64,000 nucleotides of DNA from Verrucomicrobiota bacterium. Its GTDB lineage: Bacteria > Verrucomicrobiota > Verrucomicrobiia > Opitutales > Seribacteraceae. The notes below the pieces were generated by a model that did not search any database, was not told the DNA's origin, and saw only the letters and a list, made by a program, of their open reading frames with translations. Shown here piece after piece: positions 9,446 through 19,635 of this stretch; the first letter of the stretch is position 1, and every line of letters begins with the position of its first letter. The position numbers were made by a program, and so were the translations under genes. The stretch lies in contig JAQBYT010000011.1 of assembly GCA_027622665.1 (NCBI GenBank), positions 36,815 to 100,814 on the forward strand, in the 5' to 3' direction.

Positions 9446-10420
9446 CTAGGAACCGGTTCGCCGGCTTCGCGATGGATTCTTGCCATTCTTAGAGGCAGAA
9501 ACTTTGGCGGGGGACTTGGTTTTGGCGGCCGAACGTTTCTTTGCTGTGGGTTTGGGTTTAGCAGAAGACTTGTGATGCGTGCCACAAAATAGATTCAGCA
9601 AGTTGCTGATACGTCCACGAAGTTCATGTCGTGAAACAATTTGGTCGATGAGACCTCGATCTAATAGAAATTCTGCAGTCTGGAAGCCCTCCGGTAAATC
9701 TGCTTGAGTGGTTTCCTTGATTACTCGACGACCGGCAAAACCTACGAGAGCTCCGGGTTCTGAAATAATAACGTCTCCCAAAGAAGCAAAGCTGGCCATA
9801 ACTCCGGCCATGGTGGGATTAGTAAGCACCGAGACGTAAGGCAGCTTGGCTTTGGCAAGCTTGGACAGAGCTGCACTGGTCTTAGCCATTTGCATGAGGC
9901 TCAAAATACCCTCGTACATACGAGCCCCACCCGAGGCAGAAACGATTATCACGGGCATACTCTCCTCGAGTCCACGTTCGATTGCGCGCGTAATTTTTTC
10001 CCCCACGACAGAGCCCATGCTGCCACCAAGAAAACGAAAGTCCATAACGGCCAGGCTTACCTCGCGGTCGTTCATTTTACCCACGCCACAAAGTACGGCA
10101 TCCGGCATGCCGACTTTCTTAATGTTTGCCGCTAGTTTATCTTTATAGGAAGCCGCTCCTATGAAATTCAGTGGATCCTTGGAGGAAACGCCGGCGTCAC
10201 ACTCGACGAAAGTATCCTTGTCCAACAGCGATTCCACTCGGTCAGGTGCGTGCAAGGGAAAATGATACCCACTGGCGGGAACGACCATTAGGTTTTTCTT
10301 GAGGTCCTTGACGTAGACCATTTCCCCTGAGCTGGGACATTTGGTCCACATGCCCTTGGGAATACTGTCTCTGGACCTGGCCTTTACCGTAGAATATTTA
10401 GGTTTTGAAAAAATAGCCAT
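9446..10420 (-). CDS. accD: Acetyl-CoA carboxylase carboxyltransferase beta subunit
   Basis: [41 protein letters not shown]; classic accD-folC order. Confidence 0.96.
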   Translation of the reverse strand: MAIFSKPKYSTVKARSRDSIPKGMWTKCPSSGEMVYVKDLKKNLMVVPASGYHFPLHAPDRVESLLDKDTFVECDAGVSSKDPLNFIGAASYKDKLAANIKKVGMPDAVLCGVGKMNDREVSLAVMDFRFLGGSMGSVVGEKITRAIERGLEESMPVIIVSASGGARMYEGILSLMQMAKTSAALSKLAKAKLPYVSVLTNPTMAGVMASFASLGDVIISEPGALVGFAGRRVIKETTQADLPEGFQTAEFLLDRGLIDQIVSRHELRGRISNLLNLFCGTHHKSSAKPKPTAKKRSAAKTKSPAKVSASKNGKNPSRSRRTGS

Positions 10421-10443
10421 GATTCAAAGTTCGTTACTGGATT

Positions 10444-11184
10444 TTAACCGTGACCGAGAGTTGCAACGTCTACCTGCTCCAATCCAGCTTCGAGAAGGAC
10501 TCCGGCACAAGCGTCAAGAGTTGAGCCTGTAGTGAAAACATCATCAACAACCACATATCTTCTGCTCTTATCCAAGCGCGTTCTTGGTTTAAGAGCAAAG
10601 GCATTTTTGACATTTGCCATACGAGCCTCTCGACTGAGACGAGTTTGAGTACGAGTATTACGGGTCCGGACAAGGACTTGCTCGACATTCAATCGTATAT
10701 CAAAGCACGCAGAAAGAGCTTCCGCAATCCAAGCGCTTTGGTTGTAGCCACGGGCTCGCAAGCGTCGCCGATGCAAAGGTACGGGCACCAAGACCGCGTC
10801 TTTCAAGTGATGGAGAAAGTCGGGACTGTGTTGCAACAGTGCCGGCAAATCACCCAAAAGCGAACGATCACCATGATATTTGACGTCATGAATGAAACTC
10901 CTACCCACTCCGGTCGAAAGAAACAGGGCCCGACCCTTGGCGAAAGAAGGTTGCAAATCCCTGCAGTGGGGACAGTGGCGAGCGACCAGGTCCACGCCGG
11001 GCGATGGCAAACCGCAACGATCACAAAATGGGCGACGTATCCAGTGAATATTTCCGGCGCACAATTCGCAAACTCGCCGAAAAGGGCCGTCCTCGACAGG
11101 TTCTCCGCATCCGGGGCAATCACCCGGCATCAATATCTCGAGCAGGGCTTGGCCTGTCTGAAGAACAAACTGCGGAAAGTTCAT
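10444..11184 (-). CDS. comF: ComF family protein (double zinc ribbon plus PRTase domain)
   Basis: Four CxxC pairs, PVPLH...RGYNQ, VVDDVFTTGSTL. ATG at 11184 overlaps the truA stop (ATGA). Confidence 0.88.
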   Translation of the reverse strand: MNFPQFVLQTGQALLEILMPGDCPGCGEPVEDGPFRRVCELCAGNIHWIRRPFCDRCGLPSPGVDLVARHCPHCRDLQPSFAKGRALFLSTGVGRSFIHDVKYHGDRSLLGDLPALLQHSPDFLHHLKDAVLVPVPLHRRRLRARGYNQSAWIAEALSACFDIRLNVEQVLVRTRNTRTQTRLSREARMANVKNAFALKPRTRLDKSRRYVVVDDVFTTGSTLDACAGVLLEAGLEQVDVATLGHG

Positions 11185-11957
11185 ACCTTTGGCCTTCGGT
11201 AGTACACTTTTTCCAAGCAAAGCCCTCGGGCCGGAGCGGTTTTTACGATTCGCGTTCGTTTACGACTCTCGAGCAGGTCGCGAATATCATCCGGTTCAAG
11301 TTTACCAATCCCGACGTCGAACAAGGCTCCGGCTATGCTGCGGACCATCTTGTACAAGAAGCCACCGCCCAATGCCTTGATCTTTATGCACTTTCCCGAC
11401 CTGACGACCTCTAGTCGCCATAATTCTTTTATTGGACTCTCCACTTCGCCACGACCGCGAGAGGCTGCAAAGGAAGAAAAATCATGACGTCCGACAAGGT
11501 GAACAGCACCTTTGCGCATGGATGCAACATCAAGTGTTCGATTATTCAACGAGTGAACATAGCGCATTTCCATGGGCAAAGCATATCCTTCCACTGCCCG
11601 ATAAACGTAATACTTGCCTCTGGCAGAACAAAGGGCGTGAAAGCTTGATGGAATCTCAACCAGTTCGAGAGGTAGGATGTCCTCGGGCAGTCGAACTCGC
11701 AACGCCTTGAGAAGCTTGTCCGAACCGTGCCGCCATGCCGCGTCGAAATGGAAAACTTGACCAAGTGCGTGAACACCTGCATCCGTTCGTCCTGCCCCTA
11801 TTGTTTTTATTTTTTGGGTAAAAGTCTGTTGCAGGGCTTGCTCGATACAGCCTTGGACGGACTGCCCTTTGGGCTGTTTTTGCCAACCACGGTAATTGGT
11901 TCCGTCGTAGGAGCAGAGACACCTCCATCGCCTGGACATGGCATTCGAATCGCTCAA
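11181..11957 (-). CDS. truA: tRNA pseudouridine(38-40) synthase
   Basis: YDGTNYRGWQKQ, GAGRTDAGVHALGQ, HDFSSF, FLYKMVR. Confidence 0.96.
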   Translation of the reverse strand: MSDSNAMSRRWRCLCSYDGTNYRGWQKQPKGQSVQGCIEQALQQTFTQKIKTIGAGRTDAGVHALGQVFHFDAAWRHGSDKLLKALRVRLPEDILPLELVEIPSSFHALCSARGKYYVYRAVEGYALPMEMRYVHSLNNRTLDVASMRKGAVHLVGRHDFSSFAASRGRGEVESPIKELWRLEVVRSGKCIKIKALGGGFLYKMVRSIAGALFDVGIGKLEPDDIRDLLESRKRTRIVKTAPARGLCLEKVYYRRPKV

Positions 11958-12412
11958 GGCTCAAGCTCCGGATAATCCTCGGGGTCGGGCAAAAGGAATG
12001 GGTTCCGTTCCTCCAAAAAGTCTCTCAATATCAATGTCGCGGCGGCGGAATCCAACTCGCCTGTTTCTTTTCCGGGCATTCGTTTTCGCGATGCCTTCAA
12101 GTCTTGCGCCGCGGCATGCGTAGTGAGTCGCTCGTCGACCTTACGGACAGGCAATCCGAAACGTTTCTCAAGTTCGACGACGTAAGCGTCGACCTCGCGA
12201 GCCCTCGTACCCGGAGTGCCATCCATATTCAAGGGATAACCAACTACGAGTTCGTCCGCTTGACGAATGCTTACTGCATTGTCAAGTTGCTCGAAACTGC
12301 CCTCCAACTCGACTCCGAGAATTGCGGATATGGGAATGGCAACGCCAAGCTCATCGGCAAAAGCCAATCCAATCCGCTTGCGGCCATAGTCGATTCCAAG
12401 ATAATTGGTCAT
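11954..12412 (-). CDS. ruvX: Holliday junction resolvase-like / pre-16S rRNA nuclease YqgF
   Basis: LGIDYGRKRIGLA, VVGYPLNMDG, DERLTT, DSAAATLIL. Confidence 0.93.
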   Translation of the reverse strand: MTNYLGIDYGRKRIGLAFADELGVAIPISAILGVELEGSFEQLDNAVSIRQADELVVGYPLNMDGTPGTRAREVDAYVVELEKRFGLPVRKVDERLTTHAAAQDLKASRKRMPGKETGELDSAAATLILRDFLEERNPFLLPDPEDYPELEP

Positions 12413-12435
12413 GGGACAGGAACTAGCAAAACGAA

Positions 12436-13524
12436 TTAAACGAGCTTTTCACCATCTTTGATTTCAACTATCTTTCGAGTAAGTTCCTTTATGCCTTGAG
12501 CCATGTCCTTCCGGCAAACCAAAGTGGCGTCGGCGGACTGCACGACGATGAGATCATCCACACCGAGCAAAGCCACCAAGTGACCGTCCTCGGCATAGGT
12601 CACGTTGCCCTTGGACTTCAAGGCGAGGCCTGCCCCTCGAAAGACGTTTCCCATTTCATCCGCAGGGAAGTGACGCTCGATCGCGGGCCACTCGCCCACG
12701 TCGTCCCAGTCGAACGCGGATTCCAGCACCGCCACGTTCTCGGCCTTTTCCATAACAGCGAAATCCACTGATATCTTGGTCAACGTAGGGTAAACGGACT
12801 GCATGGCTTCGTCTAGAGAAGCCTCTTCGGTCCAGGCATCATCGAGTGCCTTAATACCTTTGGCAAGATCGGGAGCGTGGCTCGCAATGGCCTTCAGGAT
12901 CACCTCGGGGCGCCAGACAAACATGCCGGCATTCCAAAGATAATCGCCTGAGGCAATGTAACTCTCGGCGGTCTCTCGATCAGGTTTTTCAACGAAGCGA
13001 ACGGCGTTGTAGAGAGTTCGCCCGCCGGGTTCACCGCAAGGTTCCCCGCGTTGTATATAGCCGTAACCTGTGGCTGGTTCGGTTGGTCGAATACCTATCG
13101 TGACAAGTAAATCCTGAGTTTCGGCCGCCTCGAAAGCCGAATCGAGGATGGTTCGGAAACCTGCGTTGTCCTCGATCACGTGATCCGCAGGTAACATCGC
13201 AAAAGCGGCGGAGGAATTCTCTCGCTGAACAAGCAAAGCCGAAAGAGCAACGGCTGCGGCGGTGTCTCTTCCCTCCGGTTCTCCAACTACCCGCTCGGGC
13301 AAAAGATTCGGACAAGTTTCAAGCACTGCATCCCGCTGCTCGGAGTTCGTGACCACGAAAATGTTTTCGAGCGGAACCAAGCCGCCAAGACGATTCACTG
13401 TCTGCGCGAGCATGGGCTCGTCTCCCACGATAGGCAAGAGATGCTTGGGACGACGCAAACGGCTTTGGGGCCAAAAACGTTCTCCGCGTCCGCCCGCCAT
13501 AATTACCACATATCGGTTGTTCAT
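12436..13524 (-). CDS. manC: Mannose-1-phosphate guanylyltransferase
   Basis: VIMAGGRGERFWPQSR...PKH, PADH, TGYGYI, FVEKP, WNAGMF, WDDVG; ATG at 13524. Confidence 0.92.
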   Translation of the reverse strand: MNNRYVVIMAGGRGERFWPQSRLRRPKHLLPIVGDEPMLAQTVNRLGGLVPLENIFVVTNSEQRDAVLETCPNLLPERVVGEPEGRDTAAAVALSALLVQRENSSAAFAMLPADHVIEDNAGFRTILDSAFEAAETQDLLVTIGIRPTEPATGYGYIQRGEPCGEPGGRTLYNAVRFVEKPDRETAESYIASGDYLWNAGMFVWRPEVILKAIASHAPDLAKGIKALDDAWTEEASLDEAMQSVYPTLTKISVDFAVMEKAENVAVLESAFDWDDVGEWPAIERHFPADEMGNVFRGAGLALKSKGNVTYAEDGHLVALLGVDDLIVVQSADATLVCRKDMAQGIKELTRKIVEIKDGEKLV

Positions 13525-13694
13525 ATTCTCAGAAGCAACGAATGAATGAACTCTTTGGCGAGAAAAAAGGCCAACTAGGAAAACTCGAGCATCCCATTGC
13601 ATGCCTTTTTCGAAAAAATCAAATCCGGCATCGCACTTGCCATGACGCCTGCTTTCTATATGATGCCAAGGCTTTTCCGTATTTCAAAGAAACT

Positions 13695-15482
13695 ATGAAA
13701 CGCACTCATCACTGCAACGAACTCCGCAAAGCCGACGCCGGATCCTCCGCCAACATCGCAGGATGGATCGACTCCGTACGAGATCACGGAGGAATTCTCT
13801 TCATCGACCTCAGGGATCGCGAAGGCAAAACCCAGCTCGTACTGGATCCCGAGAACTCAGAGCTCGCAAAGGTTTTCAGCCAACTGAAACCCGAAAGCGT
13901 AATCCAAGCCTCCGGTGAAGTCCGCGAACGAGATGGTGATACCGTAAACGCCAACCTCCCCACGGGAGAAGTGGAGATCCACGTCGCCGAGTTGATCATC
14001 CACAATCAGTCAAAGACGCCTCCTTTCCCGATGGACGACGAGGGAGACCGGGTAGGCGAGGAGTTGCGACTCGCCCATCGCTACCTGGATCTTCGAAGAC
14101 CAAAAAACTTCGAGACTCTCAAACTTCGCCATAAGGCTAGCAAAGCCATCCGCGACTATTTCGACGCCAATGGCTTTCTCGATGTTGAAACGCCCATGCT
14201 ATTCAAGAGCACCCCGGAAGGAGCTCGCGAATTCCTCGCCCCCAGTCGCCTCAACCCCGGCAAGTTCTATGCCCTCCCCCAGTCGCCTCAGCAATACAAG
14301 CAGATGTTAATGGTCGCGGGCGTGGAGCGCTACTACCAGTTGGCGCGCTGCTTCCGCGACGAGGATCTGCGGGCAGACCGTCAACCCGAGTTCACCCAGG
14401 TGGACGTCGAGATGTCGTTCATCGACCGCGAAGACATGTACGCCCTGATCGAGGGATTGTTGAAAAGAGTTTGGCAAGAAACTCTGGGAACTGAAATAGA
14501 GACCCCCTTTCTTCGAATGCCCTTTGAGGAAGCCATGAACCGCTTCGGTTCGGACAAGCCCGACATGCGTTTCGGCCTAGAAATACAAGACTTTTCCGAA
14601 ACCTTTCGGGAATCTGATTTCAAAGTCTTCTCCGGTACGATCGCAAGCGGTGGCTCAGTAAAGGCATTCAATGCCAAAGGGTTGGCCGACCTCACGCAAG
14701 GAGAGCTCAAGCACCTTGAGGAAACCGCCAAGTCTCTCGGAGCCAAAGGACTGGCATTCATCAAGTCTGAAAACGGCGATTGGAAATCGCCCATCCTCAA
14801 ATTCCTCTCACAGTCCGAGCAAGACAAGCTTCGGGAAGATCTCTTCGTAGAAGACGGAGACATTATTTTCTTCGCAGCAGGCGACTGGGAAAGCTCTTGC
14901 AACATTCTGGGACGCGTTCGATTGGAATCCGCCACCCTTTTGGAAAAACGAGGCAAGATCGAACGATCTCCGACGGACTGGAAGTTTCTATGGGTGATCG
15001 ACTTTCCACTCATGAGCCACGATGAGGAACAAGGTCGCTACGTAGCCACTCACCACCCTTTCACTTCTCCGGTTCCGGAAGACATCGAATTGCTGGACTC
15101 GGAACCCAAGAAGGTAAGGGGCCAACACTACGACATAGTGCTTAACGGTGTCGAACTTGGTGGTGGATCGATCCGCATCCACCAGCCCGACTTACAAAAG
15201 AAAGTTTTCGAGGAAATTCTCGCCATACCTGCCGACGTCGTAAAAAGCCGGTTTGGCTACATGCTGGAAGCTTTTTCCTTTGGCGCGCCTCCTCATGGCG
15301 GGATTGCACTTGGGTTAGATCGCCTCGTCGCCATTCTGGCAGGGAGAGATAGTATCCGAGACGTCATAGCTTTCCCAAAGACTCAGAAAGGTCAGGATCT
15401 AATGACGGACAGCCCAAGCACCGCCACCGACAAACAACTCCGCGACCTTCACATCCGTTCGGTTCTCCCCGAAAGCGATTAA
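13695..15482 (+). CDS. aspS: Aspartate--tRNA ligase (RDHGG motif suggests the non-discriminating type)
   Basis: MKRTHHC, RDHGG...FIDLRD, LPQSPQ, CFRDEDLRADRQPEFTQ, PPHGGIALGLDR. Confidence 0.97.
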   Translation: MKRTHHCNELRKADAGSSANIAGWIDSVRDHGGILFIDLRDREGKTQLVLDPENSELAKVFSQLKPESVIQASGEVRERDGDTVNANLPTGEVEIHVAELIIHNQSKTPPFPMDDEGDRVGEELRLAHRYLDLRRPKNFETLKLRHKASKAIRDYFDANGFLDVETPMLFKSTPEGAREFLAPSRLNPGKFYALPQSPQQYKQMLMVAGVERYYQLARCFRDEDLRADRQPEFTQVDVEMSFIDREDMYALIEGLLKRVWQETLGTEIETPFLRMPFEEAMNRFGSDKPDMRFGLEIQDFSETFRESDFKVFSGTIASGGSVKAFNAKGLADLTQGELKHLEETAKSLGAKGLAFIKSENGDWKSPILKFLSQSEQDKLREDLFVEDGDIIFFAAGDWESSCNILGRVRLESATLLEKRGKIERSPTDWKFLWVIDFPLMSHDEEQGRYVATHHPFTSPVPEDIELLDSEPKKVRGQHYDIVLNGVELGGGSIRIHQPDLQKKVFEEILAIPADVVKSRFGYMLEAFSFGAPPHGGIALGLDRLVAILAGRDSIRDVIAFPKTQKGQDLMTDSPSTATDKQLRDLHIRSVLPESD

Positions 15483-15735
15483 CGAATACTCGTCTTTCAG
15501 AACGAAAACCTCTCCGGAACAAAACAAATTCGGAAAATACAAGTTTCGGGATCAGCCCGAAAAACGAATAGTATAGCATCGTTCGCTGTTGGGAATCTCG
15601 CGCAAGCCGTCTTGGTTGCAATTGATTCGCTTCCGAGTTCGAATCGGCAGCGCGAACTTAATGCTCAGAAAATGAGTCATTATGAAAAAACATTTTTTGA
15701 CATATTTTTAGTCAATCTCGATTCTGAGGAACAGT

Positions 15736-15751
15736 TGGCACGGTAGTTGCA
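15736..15751 (+). promoter_or_regulatory. Sigma54 (-24/-12) promoter of amtB1-glnK1
   Basis: TGGCACGGTAGTTGCA is an exact match to TGGCACG-N4-TTGC, about 70 bp upstream of the amtB ATG. Confidence 0.9.
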
Positions 15752-15819
15752 AGATGAGAGCTAGATGGATCAATCCATCCACAAACCAACCAACTACAAA
15801 CTGATAAGAAAGAGAAACC

Positions 15820-17232
15820 ATGTTAAATAAAAAAATTGTGCCATGGTTCGCGGGATCGCTCATGCTAGTGCTCCTCGGACTAATATCGTTCACTACTCAA
15901 GGGTTTGCCCAAGATAACGCTACAGCAAGCCCTGACGCTCCTGAAGCAGTCGCAGATGCAGCGGCGCCCGCAGATGCCCCAGAAGAGGTGGCGACCATCG
16001 ACAGCGGTGACACCGCTTGGATGATCGTGGCAACATTGCTCGTACTCTTTATGACCATTCCGGGACTCTCTCTCTTCTATGGTGGGCTTGTCAGGTCTAA
16101 GAACATTCTTTCCGTACTTGTACAGTGTTTCGCCATCACATCCATAATAACTGTCTTGTGGGTTCTATACGGCTATAGCCTTGCCTTCAATACGGATGGA
16201 ATGGAAGCAGGGGTGACGAACTACAACTCCTTTGTTGGAGGCTTGGGTACCGCTCTACTAGCAAACATTAGTTCGGACACAGTAAGTGGGACTATTCCCG
16301 AAGTCGTCTTCATCACATTCCAGATGACATTCGCGATAATCACTCCCGCACTCATCGTCGGAGCCTTCGCCGAACGGATGAAATTCTCTGCGGTACTCAT
16401 CTTCACGGTCCTGTGGTTCACTTTTTCCTACGCCCCCATTTGCCACATGGCTTGGTCGGGTGATGGAGCTCTATTCAACACTTGGGGTGTAATCGATTTC
16501 GCAGGCGGCACGGTAGTTCATATCAATGCAGGCATCGCAGGTTTGGTAGCCTGTATCATGGTAGGGAAACGAAAAGGTTTCGGGAGTGCCAAGCTTACTC
16601 CGCACAGCGTGCCCTTGACGGTAATTGGAGCTTCTATGCTTTGGGTCGGCTGGTTTGGTTTTAACGCCGGCAGCGAATTAGCAGCCGACGGTGTCGCAGG
16701 TATGGCCTTGCTGGTCACACAAGTGGCCGCCGCCACTGCCGCCGCAAGTTGGATGTTCGTGGAATGGTTTACCAAGGGTAAGCCGACCGCGGTTGGTTTG
16801 GCCACGGGAGCCGTAGCAGGTCTCGTAGCCATTACTCCTGCATCAGGTTCCGTAGGTCCGATGGGAGCCATGCTCATAGGAGCGGCTTCCGCGACAATCT
16901 GTTACTGGGCGGCAACTTCCATCAAAGCCAAGTTCGGATACGACGACAGTCTCGACGTTTTCGGCGTCCACGGCGTGGGTGGCATCGTTGGAGCTTTGCT
17001 CACGGGTTGCCTCGTAGTCGATGCCGCTCATGGAGGCGAAAGCTTTGTCATAGGCGACCAGCTTTGGATTCAAGCCAAAAGCGTGCTCGTCACAATCGCT
17101 TGGAGTGGAGTAGTCTCATTTATTGCACTTAAGATCGCAGGTCTCGTTGCCGGCGGCATCCGTTCCGACGAGGATTCCGAAGAAACGGGTCTCGACCTTA
17201 CCGACCACGGCGAAACGGGATATTCCTCCTAA
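15820..17232 (+). CDS. amtB: Ammonium transporter (copy 1)
   Basis: Signal peptide; GDTAWM, FYGGLVR, FQMTFA, DFAGGTVVH, WFGFNAGS, DVFGVHG (both pore His residues present). Confidence 0.97.
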   Translation: MLNKKIVPWFAGSLMLVLLGLISFTTQGFAQDNATASPDAPEAVADAAAPADAPEEVATIDSGDTAWMIVATLLVLFMTIPGLSLFYGGLVRSKNILSVLVQCFAITSIITVLWVLYGYSLAFNTDGMEAGVTNYNSFVGGLGTALLANISSDTVSGTIPEVVFITFQMTFAIITPALIVGAFAERMKFSAVLIFTVLWFTFSYAPICHMAWSGDGALFNTWGVIDFAGGTVVHINAGIAGLVACIMVGKRKGFGSAKLTPHSVPLTVIGASMLWVGWFGFNAGSELAADGVAGMALLVTQVAAATAAASWMFVEWFTKGKPTAVGLATGAVAGLVAITPASGSVGPMGAMLIGAASATICYWAATSIKAKFGYDDSLDVFGVHGVGGIVGALLTGCLVVDAAHGGESFVIGDQLWIQAKSVLVTIAWSGVVSFIALKIAGLVAGGIRSDEDSEETGLDLTDHGETGYSS

Positions 17233-17241
17233 CCCCACTAA

Positions 17242-17598
<357 letters not shown>

Positions 17599-17612
17599 GC
17601 GGAATGTTATCC

Positions 17613-17672
17613 TTGACCGCCTAATGCGGTCGATTTTTCAAGGGCCGATCCTTTCGAGGGTCGGCCCTTTTT
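17613..17672 (+). terminator. Tandem intrinsic terminator hairpins after glnK1
   Basis: TTGACCGC-CTAAT-GCGGTCGA followed by T5, then AAGGGCCGATCCT-TTCG-AGGGTCGGCCCTT followed by a T run. Confidence 0.85.
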
Positions 17673-17845
17673 CGTGGGTCACAAGGGAGTCTAAGAATTC
17701 CAGAAAAGAAGAGATTCAATCGCAGTCCATGAATGATTTCATGTTTTGTCTTGAATTTTACTCATAGATCAGTACGAGGATGCCACTGCCTATTCACAAT
17801 AGGCTAAACGACACAAACAAAGTGAAATCCAAAGGAGCAAAAGAT

Positions 17846-19255
17846 ATGGAGATATTCAAACATCAGTCGCTATTTCGCGTATGGCTACGAACGATAACAA
17901 TACTCCCATGCATCATGCTTCTGACTTTGCCGATTGCCGCCCAGGAAGAAGATTCAAAGGATGTGAATGCCGTTACGATTGAATCCGGCGCAAGCGACCA
18001 ACAACAATCAAACAGCGCTCCCATCGCGTCAAAGAGTCCTGACAGCGGAAACACTGCTTGGATGCTGACAGCGACTGCTCTTGTACTCTTTATGACTCTT
18101 CCCGGTCTAGCTTTATTCTACGGTGGGCTCGTTCAATCCAAAAATGTCCTATCGGTACTCATGCACTGTTTCACAATCGCGTGTCTAGCCTCGATAGTTT
18201 GGGTTGCATGTGGTTACAGTTTGGCCCTTACCGAAGGAAGCGAGTGGATCGGGGGAACGGACAGATTGTTTCTCAACGGCTTAACCGCCGACTCTCTCAA
18301 TGGCGACTTTCCCGAATCAGTTTGGATCGTATTCCAAATGACTTTTGCGATCATTACTCCAGGACTGATCGTAGGAGCCTTTGTCGAAAGAATCAAATTC
18401 TCGGCAATGATAATTTTCAGCGCTCTTTGGCTTCTAATTGTTTATGTACCAGTTTGTCACTGGGTATGGGCAGAAGGAGGTTGGCTTTTTGAAGCAGGCG
18501 TCATCGATTTCGCAGGCGGTATTGTAGTGCACGCCACCGCAGGTGCTTCCGCACTTACAATCGCCGCAATGCTTGGAAGACGACAAGGGTTTCCAAAAAA
18601 CCTTCGACCGCCTCATAGTCCGGGACTGGTAATGATTGGTGCAGCGATGCTTTGGGTGGGATGGTTTGGATTTAATGCCGGTAGTGCCGCTGCCGCCGAT
18701 GGGAGCGCAGGAATGGCCATGCTCGTAACTCACATTTCAGCCGCAACAGCGAGTCTAGTATGGATGTTCGTTGAGTGGAAGCAAACAGGTAAACCCGGCC
18801 TTGTCGGCATAGTCACCGGAATGGTAGCGGGTTTGGCAACGATAACACCGGCGTCAGGCAACGTAGGTCCCATGGGAGCGGTAATTATTGGAGCGACTGC
18901 AGGAATAGTATGTTACTTCGCATGCGGAATCATTAAGGAGAAGCTTAACATTGATGATGCTCTAGATGTCGCAGCCGTACATGGCGTGGGAGGTGTCCTA
19001 GGAACTCTAATGGTGGCCTTTCTTGGAGTCGAAGGGACTTTGGAAGGACAGGGCATAAACTTGGATAGCGCCGGAGATCAATTCATCATTCAAGCTAAAG
19101 GGTGTCTCGCCGCAATCACCCTATCGGTAGTAGCCACCTATGTTATCGTAAAGATTACCTCAGCTCTCACAGGAGGCATTCGAGTCTCCGAAGAAGAAGA
19201 AACAAAGGGGCTTGACCAAGCCTCACATGGGGAGAATGGTTACAGTATTCAATGA
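17846..19255 (+). CDS. amtB: Ammonium transporter (copy 2)
   Basis: GNTAWM, FYGGLV, FQMTFA, DFAGGIVVH, DVAAVHG; AAGGAG ribosome-binding site before ATG 17846. Confidence 0.96.
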   Translation: MEIFKHQSLFRVWLRTITILPCIMLLTLPIAAQEEDSKDVNAVTIESGASDQQQSNSAPIASKSPDSGNTAWMLTATALVLFMTLPGLALFYGGLVQSKNVLSVLMHCFTIACLASIVWVACGYSLALTEGSEWIGGTDRLFLNGLTADSLNGDFPESVWIVFQMTFAIITPGLIVGAFVERIKFSAMIIFSALWLLIVYVPVCHWVWAEGGWLFEAGVIDFAGGIVVHATAGASALTIAAMLGRRQGFPKNLRPPHSPGLVMIGAAMLWVGWFGFNAGSAAAADGSAGMAMLVTHISAATASLVWMFVEWKQTGKPGLVGIVTGMVAGLATITPASGNVGPMGAVIIGATAGIVCYFACGIIKEKLNIDDALDVAAVHGVGGVLGTLMVAFLGVEGTLEGQGINLDSAGDQFIIQAKGCLAAITLSVVATYVIVKITSALTGGIRVSEEEETKGLDQASHGENGYSIQ

Positions 19256-19624
<369 letters not shown>

Positions 19625-19635
19625 TTCTTTGTTAC

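Noticed and set aside
9445..9585. N-terminal extensions in the ORF track (folC here; also aspS, manC, coaD, pgpA, RND permease, TetR)
   Set aside because: They overlap neighbouring genes or lack family similarity; downstream starts with stop/start coupling fit better.
13626..13640. CGGCATCGCACTTGC, sigma54-like GG-N10-GC upstream of aspS
   Set aside because: Imperfect match that overlaps a plausible sigma70 TTGCCA-N16-TATGAT promoter for a housekeeping gene.
15626..15656. GAGTTCGAATC resembling a tRNA T-loop inside a hairpin
   Set aside because: The T-stem does not pair properly and no cloverleaf can be built.
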